Virus record (IMG/VR): IMGVR_UViG_3300024255_001563 | Span: 136,844 to 200,843 of that record | Direction: 5' to 3' (one strand) | From: a virus | Lineage: Duplodnaviria > Caudoviricetes | DNA: 64,000 bases | Shown: one piece after another, positions 54,641 to 63,906 of the stretch | Numbering within the stretch: position 1 is the first letter of the stretch | Layout of the letters: every line of letters starts with the position of its first letter | Notes under the pieces: model-generated | The model's database searches: none | What the model saw: the letters and a program-made list of their open reading frames with translations, nothing else | Told to the model about the DNA's origin: nothing | Translations under genes and position numbers: made by a program

Positions 54641-56243
54641 GTTCCTCTAATTTAGTCTCGTCTAGTTCTTCAACAGGTTCAATAGGTTCTTCTACATCAA
54701 ACAGTGCATCAAAGAATGTCGAACTGTTTACTGTCTTTTTACCAATTGCGCCACGTGTTCCAGGAATAGCCATCCAAAACTTTGAATATTTCTCGATTGT
54801 TTCTAATGACTCTTCTCGAGTTGTCTTTGAAAAGATTTCGTCTATGACATCTCTAACTAGTACTCTGTCAAATCGTTCTTGTACAAGCATCTTAGGTATA
54901 ACACCTGCATCATACTGTCTGTTAGCTTCTTGTACAGCATTGATGTGCGTCCATACGTTATGACCCATTTGAATAGCATAGCTAAATGAATCCCAGCTTG
55001 TTGAGTCTTTCTTGCGTACAATAGGATTACCTTCAGTATCTAATACAGGTTGATCATGTTTGTCTAGTTCAACTTCGCCTGCACTTACTTTAGGTACGCC
55101 AATCTTGTTGCGATCGCCTTTTTTGTATGTGCAAATATCACTTACTAGCAATCCATCAGTTAATGGAGAGTCTTCAAATACTTTAAAAATACCATCTTGC
55201 GTAGTAGCATCTTTGAATGTACGTGTGTCAGTAGCATACTTTAGTTCGTCTACACTAGGCAACATTCGATATGTCCACTTGCCTCGATCTGGTGTTTCAT
55301 TAGAAGTGTATACTTGTCCATTAGCTGTTGCAAGGAACGGACTAGCACAGTCAAAGGTAACCATAAATGTTGGGTTGTAGTACTTGCGTACAGCTCGTTG
55401 TACGTCTGTTAGCAGTGTAGCCCACTCTAGTTTACTTGTACCTAGAAAGTGCATTACATCGTGTAAGCCGCTTTGTAAGAGCCCATCGTAGTGAAGTGCA
55501 ACAATGCGTTTGAGTAACAAATGCACATCGCACATATTCTGTCCACCCATTGACCATCCTTCAAAAGGACGTTCGTACTTGGTAGGATCGCAGTAATCTT
55601 TCATCTGCTCGTACCAGTCATCTGCGTCTGCGTGATTCTCACCTTGTAGAACGTTAAGGAACTTACATGCTCCTGTCCTATGTTTCATCCAGTAATCGTT
55701 GTTGATGCGTGTTGCTGCCACTGCTTCGTCATATGTACTAATACCAGTAGCTTTGGCACCTGCAGGTGAACGTGCCACCCAAGCCGGAATATCAAGGATC
55801 ATACCATAGTCCATGTAAGCATCCATCCAACGCAATACACCATCACGCTTTTTCTGTGCTTTAGGACAGTTAGGATCTTTCCAGTCACCTTCCCAAACAC
55901 CCTTACCAATCTGGAAACCGCCACTATCACCTAGTAACCAAGTGTTCTCTTTATCTCTATTACGCACCATATCTTCTTTAGGTACGTGTTTAGTTGTATC
56001 TAAATCAGCGTGTCCTGCAGAATAGAGCGTCCACTTGTATGTGAACGCTCCTTCTTTGGAGTTTAAGTAATTAAGACTTTCTACATTGTTTTGAAAGTTT
56101 GCCGGAATACGATCGTCAGGAACATAAGGACCATTAACAGGGTCAGGATAGCGTTGCTTGCCCACGTAAGTAGCATAGAAGCCACTCAGTGCGGGCAAGA
56201 AGTGTGCATAATCTTGTTGTGCTTCTGTAAGGTCTTTGTTCAT
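54621..56243 (-). CDS. TGT-fold guanine transglycosylase (DpdA or queuine tRNA-ribosyltransferase-like)
   Basis: GDSGGFQI, ILDIP, VLQG, GWSMGG, MHFLG, TFDCASP. Start placed at MNKDL (56243). Confidence 0.8.
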   Translation of the reverse strand: MNKDLTEAQQDYAHFLPALSGFYATYVGKQRYPDPVNGPYVPDDRIPANFQNNVESLNYLNSKEGAFTYKWTLYSAGHADLDTTKHVPKEDMVRNRDKENTWLLGDSGGFQIGKGVWEGDWKDPNCPKAQKKRDGVLRWMDAYMDYGMILDIPAWVARSPAGAKATGISTYDEAVAATRINNDYWMKHRTGACKFLNVLQGENHADADDWYEQMKDYCDPTKYERPFEGWSMGGQNMCDVHLLLKRIVALHYDGLLQSGLHDVMHFLGTSKLEWATLLTDVQRAVRKYYNPTFMVTFDCASPFLATANGQVYTSNETPDRGKWTYRMLPSVDELKYATDTRTFKDATTQDGIFKVFEDSPLTDGLLVSDICTYKKGDRNKIGVPKVSAGEVELDKHDQPVLDTEGNPIVRKKDSTSWDSFSYAIQMGHNVWTHINAVQEANRQYDAGVIPKMLVQERFDRVLVRDVIDEIFSKTTREESLETIEKYSKFWMAIPGTRGAIGKKTVNSSTFFDALFDVEEPIEPVEELDETKLEELEDEQL

Positions 56244-56244
56244 A

Positions 56245-56985
56245 TTACTTGCTCTGAGCTGGAAGAATATAATCGTATTTTGCCATGCCCGAATCAACAC
56301 TAATCATCATAGCACCTTGATCTGAAATACTCATAGTTAAGTCACCGCTTAAATTAAGAACTGCTTGCACTTGTGCTACAGGCCAACTCCACGTGTGTTG
56401 TAAGCTACCTTCTACTGCATTTTGGAATACAAACTCGCCTGCGTGTGTACTAGCATCACCAAAGCTAAACACTAGATCAGTTACACCGCCTGTTGCTTCA
56501 GTACTTACGTTAAACGTAGGCTCTTCGTTGTGTGCAGCACTCATTAGTTTCATACGTGCAATAGCTGCCATTGAAGGTTGAAACTCTACATTCCAACTTG
56601 CGCCTTTGAACTTTACAGTCTTTAGCTTTTCTTCGATAATTGCTTTATTCATAAAGCGGTAATCATTTTGGAAGTCGCCTGCGGCATTTTCAAAGTGAAT
56701 GTGTGTTGGAATAGTTTCACCGTTACGCTCTGCTTCTACAACTTCAATCTTAGCATCTTTTTGATACTCGGGATTTTTAAGATGCAAGCTAAGTTTGTCT
56801 AGATTAGGCATACCAAATGTACCTTTAAACTCTGTAACAGAGTTATGTGTTTCAGCTGACAAGATTACACTACGGTCCTCTGCCATTGAATCAATTTGTG
56901 TGCCTTCATCGTTGCTTACTTTTACAAGCGACAAAAAGCCTAGTGCGTGAGTATGTGCTACTACGTCTTGTAAGATGTCTTTCAT
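56245..56985 (-). CDS. Sliding clamp, T4 gp45-like, putative
   Basis: 246 aa near polB; two-domain beta-rich pattern with FGMPNL..L..HL and C-terminal YDYILPA. Called from context and size. Confidence 0.6.
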   Translation of the reverse strand: MKDILQDVVAHTHALGFLSLVKVSNDEGTQIDSMAEDRSVILSAETHNSVTEFKGTFGMPNLDKLSLHLKNPEYQKDAKIEVVEAERNGETIPTHIHFENAAGDFQNDYRFMNKAIIEEKLKTVKFKGASWNVEFQPSMAAIARMKLMSAAHNEEPTFNVSTEATGGVTDLVFSFGDASTHAGEFVFQNAVEGSLQHTWSWPVAQVQAVLNLSGDLTMSISDQGAMMISVDSGMAKYDYILPAQSK

Positions 56986-57749
56986 ACGTTTTCTCCTGTT
57001 ATAATGTTTATTATATTACTATTTTCTTGATTTGTCAAGAACTTTTCTACTGTGTATTTAGGTTTGAAGCCAAGTGCCTTCATTTTTTCCATATTAGCAC
57101 AAGTCCAGTTCCGCTCTCCTGGGGTATTTAGACGAACCGGTGCTAACGGTGCCAAGTCTTGGATCCTAACTGGATGCCCCGTACCAATATCGATTGTACC
57201 ATTGATATGTGTTTTCTTGATTAATATCTCAATTGCATCTAGTACGTCCTCTAGATGAATAAAATCTCTATAATGCCTAGTTGCATATTCTAGTGTACCA
57301 TTGCGTAGTTTATTAAAGAACATGTTCTCTCTAGGACAATTATCGCTGTACACTGTATGAAAACGCATACCTAGTGTGTCTGGATACCGTCCTGCTAGTT
57401 CTTCCATGATGTACTTACTCGCCGCATAAGGGTTCAAATCGGGCTCGTAAGCACTCGAACTGCTTGCATATAGTATACGTGTGTCTTGGTAGCGATCAAA
57501 CAGTCTACGTGTTGCTTCTACGTTGTTGTTCCAATAACCTGCAGGGTCTTTTAAACTTTCACGTACACCGCTTTTACCTGCTAAGTGAATAACAAGATCG
57601 ATGTTGTCTTGCCATATATTATATGTAAGCAAATCAAACTGAGGGCCATTCTTTAGATCAACACCGAATACAGTATGTCCGTGTTTTACAAGTCTAGCAT
57701 ATAGTGCTGAGCCTATAAACCCGTGACTACCTGTTAATAAAATTTTCAT
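56982..57749 (-). CDS. NAD-dependent epimerase/dehydratase (extended SDR)
   Basis: ILLTGSHGFIG, VIHLAG, YASSSS, YAASK. Confidence 0.9.
   Translation of the reverse strand: MKILLTGSHGFIGSALYARLVKHGHTVFGVDLKNGPQFDLLTYNIWQDNIDLVIHLAGKSGVRESLKDPAGYWNNNVEATRRLFDRYQDTRILYASSSSAYEPDLNPYAASKYIMEELAGRYPDTLGMRFHTVYSDNCPRENMFFNKLRNGTLEYATRHYRDFIHLEDVLDAIEILIKKTHINGTIDIGTGHPVRIQDLAPLAPVRLNTPGERNWTCANMEKMKALGFKPKYTVEKFLTNQENSNIINIITGENV
57010..57038 (-). promoter_or_regulatory. Consensus sigma70 promoter
   Basis: TTGACA (57038-57033), 17 nt spacer, TATAAT (57015-57010), inside the 3' end of the epimerase gene. Confidence 0.8.
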
Positions 57750-58456
57750 ACTGCTTTTCCACTGTCTTGGAATACTTCTAAGTATTCTTTAGTCTGTGCC
57801 CATCCAGTAACTTTTCTATGATTCTTTACTACTTTGGCTAACGGATAGTCATTGCCGCCTTCGTAAATAGCATCACCAAAGAACCACAATTGATCTCTTA
57901 CTGTATTAAAGTCTTCAATGATTTGACTCTTGTCTGAACCTCTAGGTGAAATATCAATTCCTGTTTCGCCACCTACTTTTGCTGATAAGTCTGGAAACAT
58001 TATATTAAACGCATTTGCAATATTATTACGTTCTTTCTCTTTAGTGTCATACTCTACATACAACTTGCGTTCGCCTAATGTTGCATTGCGTCCTACAATA
58101 CTAAAGTTCACCATACCCGGGCGTTCCTCAATATGATTGCCAGTGCGTAAAGGAAACTGACTTTCATACTCACAACTGATTAAAAATGTTCTTGCTAAGT
58201 CCGGTAGTGTCCATTCATTTGTTCGAATGTTTTCTTCGCCTTTCCAAACATCATTTCCGTTGCATTGATATACACGGCTACATCTGTTGTATATTTTCTC
58301 ACCTATCTGTTCTACAGTTTTAGATTTGTCACTACCAGTAACTAAGTATACTTCATTACCTAAACAGAAATTGTAAAAGAACTCTTTAAATTCCTCATTA
58401 ATAGGTTGTCTACTAGGTGTTAGTGTACCATCTACATCAAATATAAACTTATTCAT
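57746..58456 (-). CDS. HAD-IIB phosphomannomutase-like enzyme (eukaryote PMM type)
   Basis: FDVDGTLT, LVTGSD, IEERPGMVNFSIVGR, VGGETGIDISP, FFGD....GGNDY. Confidence 0.85.
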   Translation of the reverse strand: MNKFIFDVDGTLTPSRQPINEEFKEFFYNFCLGNEVYLVTGSDKSKTVEQIGEKIYNRCSRVYQCNGNDVWKGEENIRTNEWTLPDLARTFLISCEYESQFPLRTGNHIEERPGMVNFSIVGRNATLGERKLYVEYDTKEKERNNIANAFNIMFPDLSAKVGGETGIDISPRGSDKSQIIEDFNTVRDQLWFFGDAIYEGGNDYPLAKVVKNHRKVTGWAQTKEYLEVFQDSGKAV

Positions 58457-58863
58457 TTATTCTCCGACACTCTTTTGCGCAAATCACTTGAACTAAATCT
58501 GTGGTCACGCTTGTTAAAATGTAAGTCTATATCTCGTCGTCTACAGATATCTTTACCTGTAAAGTCTTTGTCGCGATACTCCTCTCCTAATATTCTAACA
58601 TCAATATTATACATTGTCAAGATATCTTCTAGGTCTGCTTCTGTACCATAAGGAATAATCTCATCAACATACTTAACTGCTTTGAGTTGAGTGTAACGCT
58701 CCACAACAGTTTGTATAGGAGCGTTCTTTTCTGCACGATCAACGCTTGGATCAACCTGTAATCCACAAATTAAATAATCGCATTGATCCTTTGCTTCACG
58801 TAACATTTGTACATGTCCGGAATGCAAAAGGTCAAACGTACTACATGTAAATCCTACGTTCAT
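58453..58863 (-). CDS. Cytidylyltransferase (TagD, glycerol-3-phosphate cytidylyltransferase-like)
   Basis: FDLLHSGH (HxGH), ICGLQ.D, YVDEII, R.HRFSSS.LR. Confidence 0.88.
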   Translation of the reverse strand: MNVGFTCSTFDLLHSGHVQMLREAKDQCDYLICGLQVDPSVDRAEKNAPIQTVVERYTQLKAVKYVDEIIPYGTEADLEDILTMYNIDVRILGEEYRDKDFTGKDICRRRDIDLHFNKRDHRFSSSDLRKRVSENK

Positions 58864-58982
58864 TCCTCATCCTCATAGTAGAGCTGATCTTTTAGTTGTT
58901 TTAACTTTTCAATAACTTCTTCAATAGTATTTAGGTCTTGCTCGTTTTCTGTATCAATTTCTATTTCTAATTTCACTTTCAT
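58860..58982 (-). CDS. 40-aa acidic small protein, not in the ORF track
   Basis: MKVKLEIEIDTENEQDLNTIEEVIEKLKQLKDQLYYEDEE; ATGA-coupled to the cytidylyltransferase. Confidence 0.6.
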   Translation of the reverse strand: MKVKLEIEIDTENEQDLNTIEEVIEKLKQLKDQLYYEDEE

Positions 58983-58987
58983 ATATT

Positions 58988-61657
58988 TTAGTCTCCGAAT
59001 TCAAACAAACTACCAAATGTTGTATGCGACTTAGTATCTTCTAGTGGATAGTTAAGCACACCAATCAAGTTGTCTAGTTTGTTATCAATAATTGTTTCTG
59101 CCATAGCCGCATCATCAAACGGTAGTTCTTTGAACCATTCTGGAATACGTAGCTCGTCTGTTGGGTATGCAACACTTGTATAACCCAAAGGATTTTGTTT
59201 AAGTTTGCAAACAATAACTTTCATACCATCAACAATCTCTTCACTGTACTTGTCGCCGTTCATACGCTTTAGTGTATTCCAGTTAAGACTTGCACGAACG
59301 TGCCCGGGCATGTTTGCTTTGCCTTGTTTTTCTTCTAAGCGTCTGTAGTGTCCAACTTTGTTTGCACGTTTCGGACTACCTTTCTCCCAACCAGGGCGTT
59401 CACTAAACTCCTTGCGGAATTCTGTAATACGATCTAGTACTTGTTTTTGTGGAATGTCTGTAAGTACCATTAGTAGTAGTTCACTTAGGAATTGTTGCAT
59501 AAACACAGGCGTATCTGATCTACGCAAGTCTAGGCCCATTGCTTTTACTTTGCCTGGCTTACCGTCACCGTCTGTTCTAAAGCCTTCGTTATCAGTTACT
59601 AGTGCCGCATAACGCTTCTTAGTAATATATAAGCCACTACGTGCTACAATCTCTCTACCTGCTGCAATAACATCACTACGTGACTTTGGACAGTGAAATG
59701 CTTCTGCCATAAACTTAGGGAAAGTTGTGTTTGCTTGCTCGCAGATTTGATCATAAAGTGCAATTGCCTTCTCAGGTGTCCATTCTAGCTTACCTGATTC
59801 TACGTCATCTTTTAACAACGGCCAAGCACTAAAGTAACAAGAGTCAGTATCGCCATAAATCATTGCTTTACCAACATGATCATATTCGCCTGCAATACAG
59901 TTGTTTACTTCTGCTGACATATGCTTAACAATCTGTCTACCTGTTAGTGTAGTAGATTGTCCGATACGCTTATCAAAGAATCTACAACCAGGATTAAGAA
60001 TAGCACCATACAAACTGTTCAAGTTAATCTTCTTAACTAGCTGTCGTTTATCCCAGTATTCAATCTCTGCTTTGTTTTCTGCATCCTTTGCTTTCTTCAA
60101 CATCTTCTGCATATCTTTACGTTCAGCATACCAACGCTTTAGAATACCTGGAATAACACCTTCGAACTCTTGTGTAAAGATGGTGCCATTAGCACTAAGC
60201 ATCCACGGCATTTGACTGTCAAAGATTAGTTTGTAAACTTCTGCACCGCTCAATACATCACTACGTCCGTCTTCCCAGTCAACAGTTAGTGCAATGTCTT
60301 TGCGTTTCTCTATGACTGCTTCGTACTCTTCTGTACTAAAGCGTCCTTCCCAACTACCTGCAAATGACTTCTTCTTCAACGTCATATCTTCATGTACACG
60401 GGCATCTGAAATTTCAGGACGAATCTGTCCTACAACAGTTTCAGGAGCCATATTCAATGCACGAATTACTGATGGATACAGTGAGTTCAAATCCATCGAT
60501 GCAATCCACTTATGCAATCCCTTCTTTGGAAACGCAACATATGCACCAGCCGCTTGTGTATTCTCATCATCACGTTTTTTACGATTAGGTACTTGAAGTC
60601 CTCGATTGTGTGCTTCGTTAATGATACCTTGTTCAGTAACAGCAACAGCACCCATTGTAGTCTGTAGTAGAACAGTGTTTTCGTGTGCAACTGTGTTACT
60701 CAAATCAATAAAGCGTAGCTTCTTATCTAGTTTGTCAAGTAGTGCAGTATCCTGAATGTTATATTCAATAAACTTTCGGAAGTCATTGTTGTATAATTGA
60801 TCCAGTGTACCTTCATATGCAACTTTATTTTCGCCTACTTCAATCTCACCAATTGCATCTAGACGATAACTGTGTCGTTCTTCGTATGTATACTTACGAT
60901 ACAAGTTCAAACTATCCAAGTGTACACGTCCGACTAAGTCAAATGTTTGGCTCATTTTGCCAAACTTCTCATATTCACGTTTCTTAGGAAGTTGACCCCA
61001 CAAACAGAATCTACGTGTGTCATCTTTGCTTAGTACACGGCTAGTTCTGTTTACTGTGTAGGGAATATCATAACCTTCGCTGTTCCAGCCTGATAAGATA
61101 TCACTATCTTCAATCAGTGTCAAGAAAGTGTCAATCATATCACCTTCTTTTTCAAACAGTATTACATTGTCGATGCCTTCTAGTTCTTTTTCAGCTTGTT
61201 CCATTGTAAGTGTCTTGGGCGGAACTGCTAAACATACCATTGTATCTAACCATTGTAAGTATACTGAGATACTTGTAATAGGCATAAACGGATCACTTGG
61301 ATCAGCAAAGCCGCGCTCTGGATCAAAGTCTGTCTCAATATCGAAGAAAGCAATGTTTAGTTTAGGAGCATCTTGATTAAGATAGTTTTCGCTCAAACAC
61401 TGAAAGATAGGGTTTACGTCACTCTCAAAAAGTTCTTTGTCTCTGTTGATTGCAACTTCTTTGCGAAAGTCTTTTGTGTTCTTACTTACAATACGACTTA
61501 ACGGATCACCGTACACACTCTTGTACTTGCCCTTAGGATCCTTATAATAAAAAGTATACTTTGCAGAATACTCTGTAAAAATTCTTTTGCTATCGCGTCT
61601 TTCAACAACACGTATAATATCTTGATCGCGATCGAACATCGCGTCTACGTATGGCAT
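58988..61657 (-). CDS. polB: Family B DNA polymerase
   Basis: ExoI FDIET, ExoII GWNS..YD, ExoIII YN..D; motif A DLNSLYPS, motif B KINLNSLYG, motif C YGDTDS, KKRY. Confidence 0.97.
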   Translation of the reverse strand: MPYVDAMFDRDQDIIRVVERRDSKRIFTEYSAKYTFYYKDPKGKYKSVYGDPLSRIVSKNTKDFRKEVAINRDKELFESDVNPIFQCLSENYLNQDAPKLNIAFFDIETDFDPERGFADPSDPFMPITSISVYLQWLDTMVCLAVPPKTLTMEQAEKELEGIDNVILFEKEGDMIDTFLTLIEDSDILSGWNSEGYDIPYTVNRTSRVLSKDDTRRFCLWGQLPKKREYEKFGKMSQTFDLVGRVHLDSLNLYRKYTYEERHSYRLDAIGEIEVGENKVAYEGTLDQLYNNDFRKFIEYNIQDTALLDKLDKKLRFIDLSNTVAHENTVLLQTTMGAVAVTEQGIINEAHNRGLQVPNRKKRDDENTQAAGAYVAFPKKGLHKWIASMDLNSLYPSVIRALNMAPETVVGQIRPEISDARVHEDMTLKKKSFAGSWEGRFSTEEYEAVIEKRKDIALTVDWEDGRSDVLSGAEVYKLIFDSQMPWMLSANGTIFTQEFEGVIPGILKRWYAERKDMQKMLKKAKDAENKAEIEYWDKRQLVKKINLNSLYGAILNPGCRFFDKRIGQSTTLTGRQIVKHMSAEVNNCIAGEYDHVGKAMIYGDTDSCYFSAWPLLKDDVESGKLEWTPEKAIALYDQICEQANTTFPKFMAEAFHCPKSRSDVIAAGREIVARSGLYITKKRYAALVTDNEGFRTDGDGKPGKVKAMGLDLRRSDTPVFMQQFLSELLLMVLTDIPQKQVLDRITEFRKEFSERPGWEKGSPKRANKVGHYRRLEEKQGKANMPGHVRASLNWNTLKRMNGDKYSEEIVDGMKVIVCKLKQNPLGYTSVAYPTDELRIPEWFKELPFDDAAMAETIIDNKLDNLIGVLNYPLEDTKSHTTFGSLFEFGD

Positions 61658-61670
61658 TCATTTCTCCTTC

Positions 61671-61692
61671 GTTGCTTATGGCCAACTTAACC
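61671..61692 (-). promoter_or_regulatory. Candidate translational operator (hairpin or pseudoknot) just before the polB RBS
   Basis: GGUUAAGUUGGCCAUAAGCAAC directly 5' of GAAGGAG; GUUG/CAAC and GGUU/GGCC pairings are possible. Confidence 0.3.
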
Positions 61693-61733
61693 TTCTACAT
61701 GCACACATTTCTGCTTGTGCGTACTAATATATA

Positions 61734-61952
61734 TCAGAGCAACAAGCCTGCAACGTAAATTACGGTTAAGCCTGTGTTCATAACAATTAAACTTTTTTCT
61801 TTCCATAGAATACCTATAAGTATCCATAGACTGTTACTAATAATAAATGCCCAGATGTACAAAGGGTAAACATTAAATGCGGCTAGTATAGCGGCTGTCA
61901 GTAAACATACTGTAGCCAACCACGCTAACCATTGATAGGGCTTTACCACCAT
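61734..61952 (-). CDS. Small multi-pass membrane protein
   Basis: Three hydrophobic segments. Start placed at MVVKPYQW (61952). Confidence 0.65.
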   Translation of the reverse strand: MVVKPYQWLAWLATVCLLTAAILAAFNVYPLYIWAFIISNSLWILIGILWKEKSLIVMNTGLTVIYVAGLLL

Positions 61953-62224
61953 AGTGAAGCAACTCCAAATCCAAATACATTTACTATAGCAAAGTATCCA
62001 GTTAGTAGCATTACCCAGGCTGCACCACGTCTGTAAGCGGCATAGCACTGTGTAACACTACCTATAAAGAAACCTGGATATACAAGTAGCATATTTGGGT
62101 TATCAGCATTAAGCGCAAGTGTTAAACTTGCATATACAGTGAATATAAAACTTGTTAATTCAAAGAAAAATGCTGTTTTATCACTGGTATAACTATCTAC
62201 CCAAAATGACTTAATCTTTTGCAT
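61943..62224 (-). CDS. Small multi-pass membrane protein
   Basis: 93 aa, three hydrophobic segments, TAATG-coupled. Confidence 0.7.
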   Translation of the reverse strand: MQKIKSFWVDSYTSDKTAFFFELTSFIFTVYASLTLALNADNPNMLLVYPGFFIGSVTQCYAAYRRGAAWVMLLTGYFAIVNVFGFGVASLWW

Positions 62225-62484
62225 TATTTGTCAACACCAACTGTAGTAACAAGTGTTTCTAAATCGTCAAACGCATCATAGTGTTTGTCCCAATCACGTT
62301 TTTGTGCAATCTTAATTGCTTTGTTAATTAAGCTAGGCTTAATGTCAAGTTCTTCTGCTACTGCTTTAACAGTGTCTTTAAGTCCGCCTTGTAAATCTTC
62401 AATCTCTTGCAACACTGTTACGCCTTCTTGGACTAGCCGCTCAAGTTTTGCTTTCTCTTCAGCACCATAGGTACGATCGCTCAT
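62224..62484 (-). CDS. GapR/DsbA-like dsDNA-binding protein
   Basis: L.RLVQE...LQEIEDL...LKD.VK..AEEL.I.PS.INKAIK pattern; GGAG RBS. Confidence 0.6.
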   Translation of the reverse strand: MSDRTYGAEEKAKLERLVQEGVTVLQEIEDLQGGLKDTVKAVAEELDIKPSLINKAIKIAQKRDWDKHYDAFDDLETLVTTVGVDK

Positions 62485-62518
62485 AGATATCTCCTTGTTG
62501 AGTTAAGTTGTTAAGTTA

Positions 62519-62547
62519 ATTATATAATAGATTTAGATGTTTGTCAA
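62519..62547 (-). promoter_or_regulatory. Consensus sigma70 promoter
   Basis: TTGACA (62547-62542), 17 nt spacer, TATAAT (62524-62519). Confidence 0.85.
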
Positions 62548-62551
62548 GTGT

Positions 62552-63184
62552 TTAAAACACTTTTTTATTATCAAAAGCACGTTCCCATCCAAAGAACTGT
62601 GCCTTATAGTCCGAATGGTCGTCACTTGACAAGTTGATCCATTCGTCTTTGCGCTGCCATAATTTTATAGCACCTTCATACCAGTCGGTATTGTCAATAA
62701 TACTTTCTAAACGTTCTTTAGCAGCGTATGCTTCGTCGACATTGTCAAAGTCTTGTTCGATGTGTATTACTTCCATCACAAGATCGTGTGTAACAAAATC
62801 CAAGCTAAAGTCAATCCCCCATTTGGGTTTGATGTTTAGTAGTTTTTGTAGAATAGGACGCTGCTTACAAACTTCTTCTATTTGCTCTCGTGCTTCACCG
62901 TCAAACGCATAGCGTGTTAGCAGCATACAATGATCTAAAACCAAATTAACTTCGCTTTGATCTATATCAGTATACCATTCTTGTACAGGAGCAATATGGT
63001 ATTGTATTTCTCTATTAAGTTCTATACCGTTTGCTTCATAATGTAGATGTTCTAAAGGTGTCGGAACTTCATATCCATCTTTGTCAAAGTCTTTGAACGG
63101 AAGTGTTTCCACTAAGCGTCGTTCTATTGGATTGGTTAAGTATGGTGAAGAAGTAAATAATGGATTTAAATTAATTAGATCCAT
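62552..63184 (-). CDS. Hypothetical protein
   Basis: 210-aa ORF; no motif recognised. Confidence 0.75.
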   Translation of the reverse strand: MDLINLNPLFTSSPYLTNPIERRLVETLPFKDFDKDGYEVPTPLEHLHYEANGIELNREIQYHIAPVQEWYTDIDQSEVNLVLDHCMLLTRYAFDGEAREQIEEVCKQRPILQKLLNIKPKWGIDFSLDFVTHDLVMEVIHIEQDFDNVDEAYAAKERLESIIDNTDWYEGAIKLWQRKDEWINLSSDDHSDYKAQFFGWERAFDNKKVF

Positions 63185-63905
63185 CTGACTGATTTTCTTG
63201 GTAATTCTCCCAGGCCAGATCAGTCGAAGTTAGCCAGCCATAAAGCATACGAACAATTTCATCTTTGCTAATACTACCGTTGTCTCTAACGTGCTCTTCA
63301 ATAGTATCTCCGATAGTAACAAGTCGATCTTTGTAAATATTATCGTTGCCACCTTCAGTTTGGCCGCCAAGCCAGTCATGCCACTCAGGAGGCCGATGTT
63401 CGTGCAAAGCACCTAGAGCCCAAGGTTTTAAAAACTCGGCTTTTGCTGCTTGATAATCAGTCCATTCTGTTGTAGTAGTATTGACCCAATTTGATATTTC
63501 ATTTCTAGTTTCTCTGGTATTGTCAATATCGCCCCTGTCAACACTTGATCCTCGTACATCAAAGTTTTCTGGCATCGGCGCATCGGCCCAAGGTTTTAGG
63601 TGATTATAAATAGCATTCCATGAAAGTAAGCCGCCGCCTTTATAATCCATGCCGTATCTTGCTGCAACAGTGTTCCACTGACCGGTTGTTTGTACAACCA
63701 TATTTTTGCCTATCTGTCTATTAATTCTTCCCATGAGCGAAATAATTTGATCGTTATTTTCGCCCATTGACCCTTTCCATCTTGGTGGTGCGGCTGGCCC
63801 GTCTGTAATAAAATAGTTTGCTATTCTCAACCACTGTTCAGAATTAAATGCATCACGTAACTCAACTGAGTTATTAACATTTTCAAATAATAAATGTAAT
63901 CTCAT
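63171..63905 (-). CDS. Hypothetical protein, possibly virion-associated
   Basis: 244 aa with a GGAG RBS; the N-terminal MRLHLLFE resembles leaders of internal head proteins. Weak. Confidence 0.6.
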   Translation of the reverse strand: MRLHLLFENVNNSVELRDAFNSEQWLRIANYFITDGPAAPPRWKGSMGENNDQIISLMGRINRQIGKNMVVQTTGQWNTVAARYGMDYKGGGLLSWNAIYNHLKPWADAPMPENFDVRGSSVDRGDIDNTRETRNEISNWVNTTTTEWTDYQAAKAEFLKPWALGALHEHRPPEWHDWLGGQTEGGNDNIYKDRLVTIGDTIEEHVRDNGSISKDEIVRMLYGWLTSTDLAWENYQENQSDGSN

Positions 63906-63906
63906 A

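Noticed and set aside
58988-61657. Intein or intron in the DNA polymerase
   Set aside because: 889 aa with contiguous motifs; no HN/C splice junction or homing endonuclease insert seen.
1110-63412. The many 60-170 aa ORFs antisense to, or in alternate frames of, long genes
   Set aside because: They lie wholly within well-supported genes, lack RBS or motifs, and are expected shadows of codon bias.
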